Positions 8,934-18,683 of a stretch of DNA of 64,000 nucleotides are shown here, piece by piece (position 1 is the first letter of the stretch; each line of letters begins with the position of its first letter). The notes under the pieces were generated by a model. The model saw only the letters and a program-made list of their open reading frames with translations, ran no database searches and was not told the origin of the DNA. A program made the position numbers and the translations under genes. This DNA comes from Deltaproteobacteria bacterium (lineage in GTDB: Bacteria; SAR324; JACQKK01), in the NCBI GenBank assembly GCA_029858505.1, contig JAOUEW010000008.1, forward strand, positions 9,939 to 73,938. The letters run 5' to 3'.

Positions 8934-9851
8934 ATGAAAGCAAATATGGGAGCATCTGCCATGGGTGCGCGCGGTTGGAGCCTGCTGCTGTTGGGAGTTC
9001 TGGGGGGGCTGGCGCTGGCCAGCCAAACCGCCCCCAGCGCGGAACCGGCCAATTACATACGCCTAGCCACCACCACCAGCGTGGAGGACACCGGGCTGAC
9101 CCTGGCCATCACCCAGGTATTTCAGGCCAGCACGGGCCTGGAGGTGCGGGTGGTGGCCGGGGGAACCGGCCGCACCCTGGCCCTGGGAGCGGCGGGAGAA
9201 GTGGACGTGGTGCTGGCCCACGACCCCGCCCAGGAAATGGAAGCCGTGGCCAAGGGCGGGTTGATCGAACGCCAACCGCTGATGTGGAACTATTTCGTGC
9301 TGTTGGGGCCGCCCCAGGACCCGGCCGGGGCCGGGCAAGCCCCCAACCTAGTCGAGGGCTTCCGCCGGGTGGCCAGGGCCGGAGAACAAGGGCGGGCGGT
9401 GTTTGTGTCTCGGGGAGATCAGTCGGGCACCCATGGCAAAGAACAGGAACTGTGGCGGCTGGCGGGGGTTTCGGCCGAGGGGCGTCCCTGGCTGAAGGCC
9501 ACGGGGCAAGGCATGGGCCCCACCCTCAAAATCGCCGATGAACTGGGGGGCTATGTGTTGTCGGTGGATGCCAACGTCCGCACCTTTCGGGGGAAGAGCC
9601 GCTTGGTTCCGCTGACCCGCCCAGACAAACGCATGATCAACCGGTATTCGGTGCTGCTGGCCAACCCGGCCCACCACCCCCACATGAACCAAAGCGGGGC
9701 CCGCTGCCTAGTGGAATGGCTGCTGGGGCCCCGGGGGCAAGCCGTGATTGCCGGGTTTGGGCAGCCAGACCACCCGGGCCTGTTCATGCCCGTGGGGCGG
9801 GCTTCCCCGCAGAAACCCCCACGGAAGACTGGGCATTGCCAGAGCCAGTAA
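8934..9851 (+). CDS. Periplasmic substrate-binding protein, probably tungstate/molybdate-type (TupA/WtpA-like PBP).
   Basis: Signal peptide, then RLATTTSVEDTGL...VLAHDPAQEM...GDQSGTH as in TupA-like binding proteins. No permease or ATPase partner is adjacent. Confidence 0.5.
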   Translation: MKANMGASAMGARGWSLLLLGVLGGLALASQTAPSAEPANYIRLATTTSVEDTGLTLAITQVFQASTGLEVRVVAGGTGRTLALGAAGEVDVVLAHDPAQEMEAVAKGGLIERQPLMWNYFVLLGPPQDPAGAGQAPNLVEGFRRVARAGEQGRAVFVSRGDQSGTHGKEQELWRLAGVSAEGRPWLKATGQGMGPTLKIADELGGYVLSVDANVRTFRGKSRLVPLTRPDKRMINRYSVLLANPAHHPHMNQSGARCLVEWLLGPRGQAVIAGFGQPDHPGLFMPVGRASPQKPPRKTGHCQSQ

Positions 9852-11207
9852 TCAACCCGCGGGTTCCTCCGCCGCTGGCTTGTCTTCAAAGGCCGAGGGC
9901 ATCAGGTTAAACGGCAGAATCTTAATGACCACCGGCAGAATCAACCCGCCCCCCGGCAGGGCAAAAATGGCCAAGGCCGGAATGGTTTTCAAAATATCGG
10001 CAATTTGCTCCTGAACCTTCTTTTTTTCATCAGGGGTCAGGGGGGTCTTGGTGGATTTCACCAGCAGAGCCGACAGTTCTTTGGTTTCGTTGATTTCCGT
10101 CACCAAGCGGTCCACGTTTTTCCGCACGGCGATGGCGGCCTTTTCCTTAAAGCGCTCTCCCACGTTCAGCAGATGGAACCGTTTTTTGAAGAACTGGAGT
10201 TTGTCTCCCTGGGCCAGCAAAAAGCTTTCCAGGGCAATGCGGCTTTGGGCCAGCTCGTCTTCCCACAGCCCCAGCCGCTCCACCACCCGGGAAAGCATGG
10301 CTTCCTCTTCTTCAGAAATAGAGCGGTCCAGCAGGGTCATCATCAGCACCACCTCCAGCAGATACCGGCGGATCACCCAAGGCATGTCGGGAATGTGGAT
10401 ATTCTCCAACGCCAAACCGTTTTCCATCTTCAGCCGAAACTCCAGCAGTTTTTCCTTGGAAAAGTGCGAGGTGCGGAAGAATTGGTCGATAATGCGTTTT
10501 TCCTCCGGCTCCACCACGGCGTTGGTGAAGGCCGCCATGATAATCAAGTTCAGCAGGGCTTCTCGCTGGGCGCCAATGCTTTGGTATACCTTGTCAATCA
10601 ACCCCTGGTTCAGTTCTTCACCCATCAGCACCAGCCGCTGCAGGCGCACGCAGGCCTGCAGGTCCACAAACATGAAGTTGTTGAAAAAGATTTGGTAGCT
10701 GAGATCCTTCCCCCCAGACACCCGGTAAATAAAATTTTGCTCAAAGCGGGTCAGTTCGTCGGGGGGGCCGAACATTTTGTGCTTCAATCGGGTGATGAAC
10801 CCGTCTTTGGGTTTGTAGATTTCTGGGGCCTTAAGGTAATAATGGCTCACCACATCGGTGGCCACCTGCAGGTAATCGGGATTGTAGTCGGGCATCCCAT
10901 CGGTCTGATAGATGTGATCCGTCACCAGCACGGCAAAGGTGGCATCCAGCAGGGTCAGCATCATCCGGTCCAGCACATCGTGATATTGGCTTTCCGGAAA
11001 CACCACGTCGGTAAAGGGGAGCTTCACCGGCGCCCCGTACACCAGCCCGGTGGGCTGCAAAAAATAATACACCGCCTGGTCCACCTCGTTGTGTACGCCA
11101 GAATCCTCCACCACCTTCACCCCCAGGGTGGGCAGCTTGGCGGGAAAGGGGTTTTTCCGCCGAAAAGCCAGGTATTGTGTAAACCAACCGTGTTTGCTGA
11201 ATTTCAT
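9852..11207 (-). CDS. LETM1-like domain protein.
   Basis: C-terminal IPALAIFALPGGGLILPVVIKILPFNLMPSAFE matches the LETM1 PFxxLLPVAxKLFPNMLPSTF signature. Start set at MKFSKHGW to avoid overlap with the folC start. Confidence 0.5.
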   Translation of the reverse strand: MKFSKHGWFTQYLAFRRKNPFPAKLPTLGVKVVEDSGVHNEVDQAVYYFLQPTGLVYGAPVKLPFTDVVFPESQYHDVLDRMMLTLLDATFAVLVTDHIYQTDGMPDYNPDYLQVATDVVSHYYLKAPEIYKPKDGFITRLKHKMFGPPDELTRFEQNFIYRVSGGKDLSYQIFFNNFMFVDLQACVRLQRLVLMGEELNQGLIDKVYQSIGAQREALLNLIIMAAFTNAVVEPEEKRIIDQFFRTSHFSKEKLLEFRLKMENGLALENIHIPDMPWVIRRYLLEVVLMMTLLDRSISEEEEAMLSRVVERLGLWEDELAQSRIALESFLLAQGDKLQFFKKRFHLLNVGERFKEKAAIAVRKNVDRLVTEINETKELSALLVKSTKTPLTPDEKKKVQEQIADILKTIPALAIFALPGGGLILPVVIKILPFNLMPSAFEDKPAAEEPAG

Positions 11208-11345
11208 GAATAAGTGTTCCCAAGTGGCAGGTGATTCCCCCCAGGGAAAACAGCGTTTGGAGACTTTGATTAGTATCCTAATTTGGCCCTGGGATTCAAG
11301 TTTTTTCCTCCCCCCGCCTTTTGGGCCGGGCAGCCGGGATAGGCC

Positions 11346-12761
11346 ATGAAACAAGACGCGTATCTATTCTGGCTGAACCGGCTGGAGAACCATGCCCAAT
11401 ACCGTCAGGTTCCCCATGGGGCGGACCAGGGGCGGCTGGCCCCCCTGGCCGCCTTGCTCCAGGCCCTGGAAAACCCCCACCAAGCCTTGCGGGTGGTGCA
11501 CTTGGCGGGAACCAACGGCAAAACCACCACCGCCCACCTGATTGCCCGGCTCTTGGCCAGGGAAACCGGCGGAGAACGGGTGGGGCTATATACCTCCCCC
11601 CACTTGGTCGACATCCGGGAACGCATCCAAATTCAGGGTAGGATGATCTCTCGCCGGGACTTTGTGGCGGCTTCTCGGGCGGTGTGGGGGGCGGCGGAAG
11701 AACTGGGCCTGCTGGGGGGAGAATCTTCTTCCCCCCGGCTAAGTTGGTTTGACCTGGTGACCGCCATGGGGCTGTGGCACTTTCGGCGGCGGGGAGCCGC
11801 CTGGGCCGTGCTGGAAACCGGCCTGGGGGGGCTGGCCGATGCCACCAACCTGGCCCCCAAAACCCTGTGCGTCCTCACCCCCATGGGGCTGGATCATGCC
11901 GCCGTGCTGGGGAACACCCTAGGGGCTATTGCCTGGCAGAAGGCGGGCATATTGGCGCCGGGGGTGCCGGTGGTGCTGGGCCCCCAGCCCCCAGAAGCCC
12001 AGCAGGTGGTGCAAGACCGGGCCGCCGCCCTGGGTTGCCCCATCATCCCCTGGGACCGGGTGAGCCTAGAGAAAACCGTGCCCCAACCCGCAAACCCCCA
12101 GCCGGTCCATCGCCAAAGCCAGCGGCTGAACATCACGGCCCGCTGGCCGGGGGGGGCCACCGCCAGCCGTTGGATTGAATCCGAGGGCTGGAATGAACCC
12201 TTCCGCTTGGCGGCCGCCACGGCCCTGTCTGCCGCGGAAGAACTGTTGGCCCCCCCCCGCAAGCCCCAGTCCCGGCTGGCCGCCGTGCTGGGCGGAGCCC
12301 TGCCCGGCCGTCAGACTTTTTTACCCCATTTGCGCCTAGCCAACGGGCACACCCTGCCCTGGCTGATGGTGGACGGCGGCCATAACCCCCCGGCCTTGGA
12401 AGCCCTAGCCCGGCGGCTGGAACACCGCCGGGGCTACACCCTGGTGTGGGGCATGTTGACCGACAAGTTGATCCCCGAAACAGAGCCGCCCCTGGCCCGG
12501 CTGATGGCGGGGGCCCGCCGGGTGCTGGCGGTTCCCCCGCCGGGGCCCCGCTCCCCGGCCCCTGGGGTGCTGGGGGAGATCACCCGCCGGTTGGCCCCGG
12601 CCAACCAGCCCGACCCCCTACCCCAGGAATTCCCCCGGCTGGAGGAGGCCCTGGCCCAGGCCCTGGCCGCTGGAGACCCGGTGGTGGTGGCGGGGTCCCT
12701 GTGGCTGGCGGGGGAGGCGTGGGCTTGGTTACAGAGCAACCAACGGCAAAAACCCGGTTGA
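11346..12761 (+). CDS. folC: Bifunctional folylpolyglutamate synthase / dihydrofolate synthase.
   Basis: Mur-ligase P-loop VVHLAGTNGKTTTAHL and overall FolC architecture (471 aa). Confidence 0.8.
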   Translation: MKQDAYLFWLNRLENHAQYRQVPHGADQGRLAPLAALLQALENPHQALRVVHLAGTNGKTTTAHLIARLLARETGGERVGLYTSPHLVDIRERIQIQGRMISRRDFVAASRAVWGAAEELGLLGGESSSPRLSWFDLVTAMGLWHFRRRGAAWAVLETGLGGLADATNLAPKTLCVLTPMGLDHAAVLGNTLGAIAWQKAGILAPGVPVVLGPQPPEAQQVVQDRAAALGCPIIPWDRVSLEKTVPQPANPQPVHRQSQRLNITARWPGGATASRWIESEGWNEPFRLAAATALSAAEELLAPPRKPQSRLAAVLGGALPGRQTFLPHLRLANGHTLPWLMVDGGHNPPALEALARRLEHRRGYTLVWGMLTDKLIPETEPPLARLMAGARRVLAVPPPGPRSPAPGVLGEITRRLAPANQPDPLPQEFPRLEEALAQALAAGDPVVVAGSLWLAGEAWAWLQSNQRQKPG

Positions 12762-12781
12762 TGAAGAAATCTCAGGATATC

Positions 12782-12816
12782 GGGGGGAGACACGGGGGAG
12801 ACACGGGGGAGATCCG
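12782..12816. repeat. Short tandem repeat (GGGGGAGACAC)x~3 in the folC-pirin intergenic region.
   Basis: Direct reading: ggggggagacacgggggagacacgggggagatccg, followed by an AT-rich gaataag/gaatagg repeat stretch. Confidence 0.6.
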
Positions 12817-12936
12817 ATTGATCAACGTTGATATAAAGATAGGGTGGAATAAGAAGAATAAGAATCGGTGAGAATAGGAGAATAGGGTCGTCAACGTATA
12901 AATGATGTATCCTGGAAGGTATAGACAGAGACCTTT

Positions 12937-12977
12937 GCATAACCCGGGTTTTTGCCGTGAACGGGGGGCATGGGGAG
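12937..12977 (+). promoter_or_regulatory. Copy 1 of the conserved upstream motif TGCATAACCSGGGTTTTTGCCGTGAA, about 70 bp upstream of pirin.
   Basis: Near-identical to 19406-19446 (+) and to the reverse complement of 43740-43760. All three are co-oriented with the downstream gene. Confidence 0.5.
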
Positions 12978-13031
12978 CGAGGCCCCCCAATAAACTCAGC
13001 CCCCCTGCCCCATCATTTCCGGAGACCCCCC

Positions 13032-13910
13032 ATGACCACCATCCGCCCAGTCACCGCCGTGGTGACCGCCATCCAAACCATGGAGGGGGCCGGGTTCCCC
13101 GTGCGCAGGCCCTTTCCCACCCCCTCCATGATTCAGTTTGATCCCTTTCTGCTGCTGGACCACATGGGGCCAGTGACTTGGCCCCCCGGCCAAGCCCAGG
13201 GCGCCCCGGACCACCCCCACCGGGGGTTCGAAACGGTGACCTATATGTTGCAAGGCAGCATGGAGCACCGGGATTCCATGGGCAACGTGGCCCGCATGGG
13301 GCCGGGAGACGTGCAGTGGATGACCGCCGGGGCTGGCGTGGTCCACGCCGAAATGCCTCCGCCAGCCTTTTTGCAAGCGGGAGGGGTGATGGAGGGCTTT
13401 CAAATTTGGGTGAACTTGCCCGCCCGGGAAAAAATGAGGCCTCCCCGCTATCAGGGCATCGCCCGGGACCTGCTGCCCCAGGCAGAAAATCCACAGGGGG
13501 TATCGGTGCGGGTGATTGCCGGAGAAGCCTTTGGGGTGAAGGCCGCCATTCACACCCACACCCCCATTCAACTGGTGCATGTGACGGTGCCCCCCGGCGG
13601 AGAGGGCCGCATTGAAACCGCCAGCGGCCACAACGTCATGATCTATGGGTTTTCCGGCGGGGTGCTGGCGGGGGAGGAACGGGTTGCCGTGGGGGAAGGA
13701 CAGATGGCCGTGTTTGGGCCGGGCGATGCCATCACGTTTGCCCTGCCTGCCAGTGCCCCGGCTTCAACCCATTTTTTGCTGCTGGCGGGAGAACCCATTC
13801 GGGAACCCCTGGCCCGCTGGGGGCCCTTCGTGATGAACACCGAACAGGAAATCATCCAGGCCTTCGAAGACTTCCAAAGCGGCAGAATGGGCCAAATTCA
13901 GGCCGAATAG
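13032..13910 (+). CDS. Pirin family protein.
   Basis: HPHRGFETVTYMLQGSMEHRDSMGN...VQWMTAGAGVVHAE cupin/pirin motifs. Confidence 0.85.
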   Translation: MTTIRPVTAVVTAIQTMEGAGFPVRRPFPTPSMIQFDPFLLLDHMGPVTWPPGQAQGAPDHPHRGFETVTYMLQGSMEHRDSMGNVARMGPGDVQWMTAGAGVVHAEMPPPAFLQAGGVMEGFQIWVNLPAREKMRPPRYQGIARDLLPQAENPQGVSVRVIAGEAFGVKAAIHTHTPIQLVHVTVPPGGEGRIETASGHNVMIYGFSGGVLAGEERVAVGEGQMAVFGPGDAITFALPASAPASTHFLLLAGEPIREPLARWGPFVMNTEQEIIQAFEDFQSGRMGQIQAE

Positions 13911-13912
13911 CC

Positions 13913-14926
13913 TTACATGCCGATGTCTAAAAAGTCGGCCAGTTCCTCGGCTACCCCGCGCTTCAGGGTCACGCTGTGCTGCTGCAGTTTGTCTAAAGGC
14001 ACACTGGCGTGCACCATCAGGTGGTCCGCGTAAAAACGATAGGTGCGGGCCATGGCCCAGGGGCGCCCCAGTTGCAAAGTCAGGATAACAATCGCGAAGT
14101 TCCCCAAAACAAGCCATAAATATGCCCCCCCCTTGCCGGTAAACTGAAAGGGGGCACCCTCTAGCCGCAGACGGCTGAAGCGGTAGCGGGTCAGGTTCAT
14201 CACCATCCAGGGGCGAAATACCCCCAGGGTCAGCAGGGTCAGCAGGGCGTTCCAGGTATACAACCGGTAATAATCCATCCCCCCGGCGTCGGTGGTGAAG
14301 CGCAGGTTCCCCAGCCGGATGCGGCTCCATAAGTATTGATGCATCCGGATGGACACCATGGGGAAATACAACCCCAGCGAGAGAATCACCAGCAGCATGT
14401 CCAGGTACATCCGCCTTACAAAGGCTGAAAACTCTCCCTCACAGGCAAAGTGAATCTGCCGCCAGCTTAGGCGGCTCAACCGGAACCGATAGGCCGCCAG
14501 AATTACCCAAGGCAGCACCAGAAAAAAAGCCGCCATCACGCTGAACTGATAAATGAGCTGAATTTGAATTTCCCACAGATGACTGGTCTGACCCATGGCC
14601 ATCAACCCAATGGCCAACACCGTGATCAGCAGCCGGCCTTTCAGCAGTTCAATGCCCCGCCCGTGAAAATCGAAGGGGGTGTCTAACACCCGAGAATTGT
14701 GGGCCAGCATTTTGTACCAGCGCACCTTGGCCCAGGGAGAATACAACCCCAGGGTCAACAGGGTAAGCAGCGCGTTGGCCAGAAACAATCCAAACAGTGT
14801 TTTGCCGCTACCGGTAAAATATCCCCGCACCCAGGGACCAGCTGGGGCCTCCGCAGGCTGAACCCATGGCGAAGCCGCGGGTGTGGGCGGGGAAGACAAG
14901 GGAGAAGTTGGGGATATCGTTTCCAT
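13913..14926 (-). CDS. DUF898 (YjgN-like) inner membrane protein.
   Basis: Repeated LLTLLTLGLYSPWAKVRWYK / LLTLLTLGVFRPW modules typical of DUF898. Start set at METISP. Confidence 0.6.
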   Translation of the reverse strand: METISPTSPLSSPPTPAASPWVQPAEAPAGPWVRGYFTGSGKTLFGLFLANALLTLLTLGLYSPWAKVRWYKMLAHNSRVLDTPFDFHGRGIELLKGRLLITVLAIGLMAMGQTSHLWEIQIQLIYQFSVMAAFFLVLPWVILAAYRFRLSRLSWRQIHFACEGEFSAFVRRMYLDMLLVILSLGLYFPMVSIRMHQYLWSRIRLGNLRFTTDAGGMDYYRLYTWNALLTLLTLGVFRPWMVMNLTRYRFSRLRLEGAPFQFTGKGGAYLWLVLGNFAIVILTLQLGRPWAMARTYRFYADHLMVHASVPLDKLQQHSVTLKRGVAEELADFLDIGM

Positions 14927-15141
14927 AGTGTGTTGTTGTCGCTTATTTCCCAGCCGAATGCAAATGCTCGTTCTTTTTTCTGTGTTGCTTTGAGATTTCT
15001 GCATATCTTTACTATCACATGTCCGTGTGCGATCTCTTCTCCCGCGGGAAACTCTTCTCCGGCCCTTGCCTGGCCCCGGCTGGGGCGGTAGGTTGAAACA
15101 CGGGGGCACCGCCAGACACGATCATACGCCAGGAAGGCGCC

Positions 15142-17046
15142 ATGGGAACCATTCACCTGCTGGCCGACAACGTCATCAACCACATTGCCGCCGGTGAGGT
15201 GGTGGAACGCCCCGCCAGCGTGGTGAAAGAACTGCTGGAAAACGCCCTCGACGCCGGGGCCGACCGCATCACCGTGCTGTTGGAAGACGGCGGGCGGGAG
15301 TCCATCGTGGTGCTGGACAACGGCCGGGGCATGGACCCTGCCGACGCCCGGCTGGCCTGCACCCGCCACGCCACCAGCAAAATCTCTACCCCCGCCGACC
15401 TGGAGAAAGTGGCCACCCTGGGCTTTCGGGGAGAGGCCCTGGCCTCCATCGCCGCGGTATCTCGCTTCGAACTGCTCACTTGCGCCGATGAATCTCAGGG
15501 GGGCACCCGGATCAACATGGAAGGCGGCCGGGAGGTTTCTGTGGCCCCCCAGGGGTTTGCCCAAGGCACCCGGGTCACCGTTCGAGAGTTGTTTTTCAAC
15601 ACCCCGGCCCGTCGTAAGTTTTTACGGGTCGCCGCCACCGAACTACAGGCCGCCCAAAACCTAACCGCCACCCTGGCCCTGGCCCACACCACCGTGCATT
15701 TCACCCTGACCCACCATGGCCGGGTGCTGTATGACCTAACCCCCTGCGCCACCCTGGCCGAGCGGGCCTTCCAGGTGTTCGGCGGAGAGTTTGCCGAAGG
15801 CATGCTGCCCCTAGACGTGATCACCCCCCAACTGCGCATGGAGGGGGTGGTGTCGCTGCCCTCCCAGGCCAAATCCAGCCGCCGCTGGCAATATCTTTAC
15901 ATCAACCACCGCCCGGTGAAAAACGCCGGGCTGAACCACGCGGTGTACCAGGCCTACCGCACCCTGCTGATGAAGGACCGCCACCCGGCCTATATTCTCA
16001 AACTGTTCGTGGAGCCAGCGGAGGTAGACGTGAACGTTCACCCGGCCAAAACCGAGGTGCGCCTGCGCAACCCTCAATTGCTTCACACCTTGCTGGCCGA
16101 CAGGTTGCACCAAGTGTTGATGGACGGCGCCCGGCAGCGGGCCTTTGGCGAGAGTGATCCGGGGATTTCCCGCAGGCCCCCCCCGCCCCGGCCCAGCCAC
16201 CAAGCCCCGGCGGGCAGCCAGTTGGAGTTGACCCTGAAAGCCGCCCAGGAGCGGGTGGGCGAAAGCGCCCCAACGTCTTTCACTTCTCCCTCTGACCCTC
16301 ATCTCTCTAACCCAAACCCCATCAGCCCCAACCCCTCTCGCCTCCCAACCTCTCCCGCCCTGGCTTCTATTGCTGGGCCTGCGGGTTCTGACCCCCATCC
16401 CCTCACCGGAGAGGCCTTTCACTTTCAGCCCCTGCACCCCGCCCCGGCGGCAGAGGCACCCATGGGCGGGGGGCTGCGCCTGCTGGGCCAGCACGACCAA
16501 ACCTACCTGCTGGTGGCCAGGGGAGAAGATTTGCTGGTGGTGGACCAACACGCCGCCCACGAACGGGTGCTGTTCGAGGCCTATCGCACCCAGTACTACC
16601 AAGGCCGCCTGCAAAGCCAAACCTTCCTGGTGCCCCCCACCCTGGAACTGTCTCCGGCCAACAGCCTGCTGTTGGAACAATACCTGCCCCAATGGGAACG
16701 GCTGGGGTTTCAGCTGGAGCCCTTTGGGGGAACCACCTTTTTGGTGCGGGCAGTGCCCGCCCTGCTGGCCCGGGGAGATATCTCCGCCCTGGTGCTGGAT
16801 GTGCTGGACGACTTGGCCCTGTTTGGCAAAAGCGGCCGGGTAGAGGAAGTCATCAACGATATTTTGGAGCGGGTGGCCTGCCACGCCGCCGTGCGGGCCG
16901 GGCAGTCTTTGGCCAAGGAAGAAATGGAAAGCTTGGTGGCCCGGCTGGAGGGCCTGGACATGAACCTGTACTGCCCCCATGGCCGACCCGTGTGGGTGGA
17001 AATCTCCCAGCGGGAATTGGAGAAACGCTTCAAGCGAATCGTGTAA
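15142..17046 (+). CDS. mutL: DNA mismatch repair protein MutL.
   Basis: N-terminal GHKL ATPase (AAGEVVERPASVVKELLENALDAGA...LDNGRGM) and a C-terminal dimerisation domain. Confidence 0.9.
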   Translation: MGTIHLLADNVINHIAAGEVVERPASVVKELLENALDAGADRITVLLEDGGRESIVVLDNGRGMDPADARLACTRHATSKISTPADLEKVATLGFRGEALASIAAVSRFELLTCADESQGGTRINMEGGREVSVAPQGFAQGTRVTVRELFFNTPARRKFLRVAATELQAAQNLTATLALAHTTVHFTLTHHGRVLYDLTPCATLAERAFQVFGGEFAEGMLPLDVITPQLRMEGVVSLPSQAKSSRRWQYLYINHRPVKNAGLNHAVYQAYRTLLMKDRHPAYILKLFVEPAEVDVNVHPAKTEVRLRNPQLLHTLLADRLHQVLMDGARQRAFGESDPGISRRPPPPRPSHQAPAGSQLELTLKAAQERVGESAPTSFTSPSDPHLSNPNPISPNPSRLPTSPALASIAGPAGSDPHPLTGEAFHFQPLHPAPAAEAPMGGGLRLLGQHDQTYLLVARGEDLLVVDQHAAHERVLFEAYRTQYYQGRLQSQTFLVPPTLELSPANSLLLEQYLPQWERLGFQLEPFGGTTFLVRAVPALLARGDISALVLDVLDDLALFGKSGRVEEVINDILERVACHAAVRAGQSLAKEEMESLVARLEGLDMNLYCPHGRPVWVEISQRELEKRFKRIV

Positions 17047-17102
17047 ACCGACTCCCTCTATCACCTTGAATATTCAAAAAAATAGGACTAGGGTTGCGGT
17101 AG

Positions 17103-18683
17103 ATGGTCCGACCAGGAGGTCTCATGGACATTGCTCAGAACACCACCCTGCCTGTTTCCAAGGGTGATTCCACCCGAACCGCCCGTTTGATCTCCCGTGT
17201 TCTTGCCCCCCTCGATCGCCTCTTTCAACGCTGTTACGACTCTCCCTACAATCCGCTGTATCTGTCTGGGGCCCTGACCCTGTTCTTTCTGCTGCTGGTG
17301 CTGGTCACCGGCGCCTACCTGCTGATTTTCTATCGGGCGGGTTCTCCCTACGAGTCCATGGCGGCCATCCAAGAGCAAGTCTGGGGCGGCCGCTGGATCC
17401 GCGCCCTGCACCGCTATGCGTCAGACGCCGCCGTGGTGACGGCGGTGCTGCACATGCTGCGCATGTTTGCCCAGGGGCGCAGCTGGGGGCCCCGGGCCCT
17501 GGGGTGGATCACCGGGGTGGGCATGCTGGCCCTGCTGTGGGGTGTGGGGTGGACCGGCTATGTGCTGGTGTGGGACCAACACGGGTTGATCCTGGCCAAC
17601 CGGGGGGCCCGCATGCTAGACGCTCTTCCCCTGTTCTCCGAGCCCATCTCCCGCATGTTTGCCACCGGCCAGGTGGTGTATCACTTTTTTTTCTTCAACC
17701 TGTTTTTGCACATGGCCATTCCGCTGGTGATGGGGGCCCTGCTGTGGATGCACGTGATGCGGCTGGCCCGGTCGGTTCTGTTTCCTTCTCGGGGGTTGAT
17801 GTGGGGGTCGGGGCTGCTGCTTACCGGATTGTCTGTGGTTTGGCCAGCCCCCTTGGAAGGCCCCGCCGATGCCTTGTCCTCTGGCGGGCGGGTGGCGGTG
17901 GATGGGTTCTATACGTTTTGGCTGGGGTGGAATCTTTCCGGCGGGGCCCTGTGGTTGTTTTGGCTGGCCCTGTTGGGGGGGTTGACCGCCGTTCCCTGGC
18001 TGTTCCGGCCGGGCCTTTTGGCCCGCCCCAGGCCCGCCGTGGTGGATGAAGCCCATTGCGAGGGCTGCACCCAGTGCTATCAAGACTGCCCCTACGAGGC
18101 CATTCAAATGGTCGCGGTGGAAGGCCGAGAAAAACCGGTGGCCCGGGTGGACCCCGCCGTGTGCGTGGGCTGCGGCATCTGTTCCGGGTCGTGCAAGCCC
18201 ATGGTGATTGGCCCCCCAGAGCGGCGGGGCGGCCACCAAATTCGCCAAGCCCGGGCCCTTACCCAGGCCCACCCCCAAACCGTGGTGTGCCTGGCCTGCG
18301 ACAAAACCCTGGGGCGAAACCCCACCCTGCCCGTTGGCGTAACGTTATGGACCATCTCTTGCGGTGGAGAGATTCACGCCGACACGGTGGACGCCCTGTT
18401 GCGGCATGGGGCGGCGGGGGTGATGGTGGTGTCGTGCCCGCCAGAAAACTGCCAAAGCCGAGAGGGTGCCCGCTGGCTGGCGGCCCGCTGGGCGGGAGAA
18501 CGAGACATGCCCCTGCGGGCGAGGGTGGACCGCCGCCGCACCGCCTGGGTGACCCTGGAACCGGGAGACACCAAAACGCTGGCCAGGCTGGCCGCTCAGT
18601 TTCTAGACCGCCTGAACGAACCCGGCCTGCTGCCGGTCCGTGAGGAATCGGGCATCACGCCCACAGGAGAAACCCTGACGTGA
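17103..18683 (+). CDS. Fusion protein: cytochrome b (two-haem four-helix core) + 2x[4Fe-4S] ferredoxin + MvhD/FlpD-like domain.
   Basis: Cytochrome b signature RALHRYASDAAVVTAVLHMLRMF...GYVLVWDQ plus a His pair in helix D (HMAIPLVMGALLWMH). Ferredoxin motifs CEGCTQCYQDCP and CVGCGICSGSCKP. C-terminal VVCLACD...ISCGGE...VVSCPPENCQ resembles the hydrogenase iron-sulfur (delta) subunit. Confidence 0.65.
   Translation: MVRPGGLMDIAQNTTLPVSKGDSTRTARLISRVLAPLDRLFQRCYDSPYNPLYLSGALTLFFLLLVLVTGAYLLIFYRAGSPYESMAAIQEQVWGGRWIRALHRYASDAAVVTAVLHMLRMFAQGRSWGPRALGWITGVGMLALLWGVGWTGYVLVWDQHGLILANRGARMLDALPLFSEPISRMFATGQVVYHFFFFNLFLHMAIPLVMGALLWMHVMRLARSVLFPSRGLMWGSGLLLTGLSVVWPAPLEGPADALSSGGRVAVDGFYTFWLGWNLSGGALWLFWLALLGGLTAVPWLFRPGLLARPRPAVVDEAHCEGCTQCYQDCPYEAIQMVAVEGREKPVARVDPAVCVGCGICSGSCKPMVIGPPERRGGHQIRQARALTQAHPQTVVCLACDKTLGRNPTLPVGVTLWTISCGGEIHADTVDALLRHGAAGVMVVSCPPENCQSREGARWLAARWAGERDMPLRARVDRRRTAWVTLEPGDTKTLARLAAQFLDRLNEPGLLPVREESGITPTGETLT

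Noticed and set aside
8537-8955. ORFs 8537..8815(-), 8558..8899(+) and 8767..8955(-) between the PilZ gene and the TupA-like gene.
   Set aside because: They coincide with a copy of the structured repeat element and its inverted arms and have no coding features.
10005-11213. 402-aa ORF antisense to the LETM1-like gene. Similar long antisense ORFs occur at 1130..2029(-), 22003..23064(-), 29167..30225(-), 47827..48948(-), 59030..59935(-), 60575..61564(-) and 61631..62545(-).
   Set aside because: All are His/Gly/Pro/Arg-rich shadow ORFs opposite well-supported genes. This is typical of 65% GC DNA with few stop codons.
15811-17064. 417-aa ORF antisense to mutL.
   Set aside because: It is a high-GC antisense shadow ORF with a Gly/Arg/Pro-rich, low-complexity product. 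mutL on the plus strand is unambiguous.
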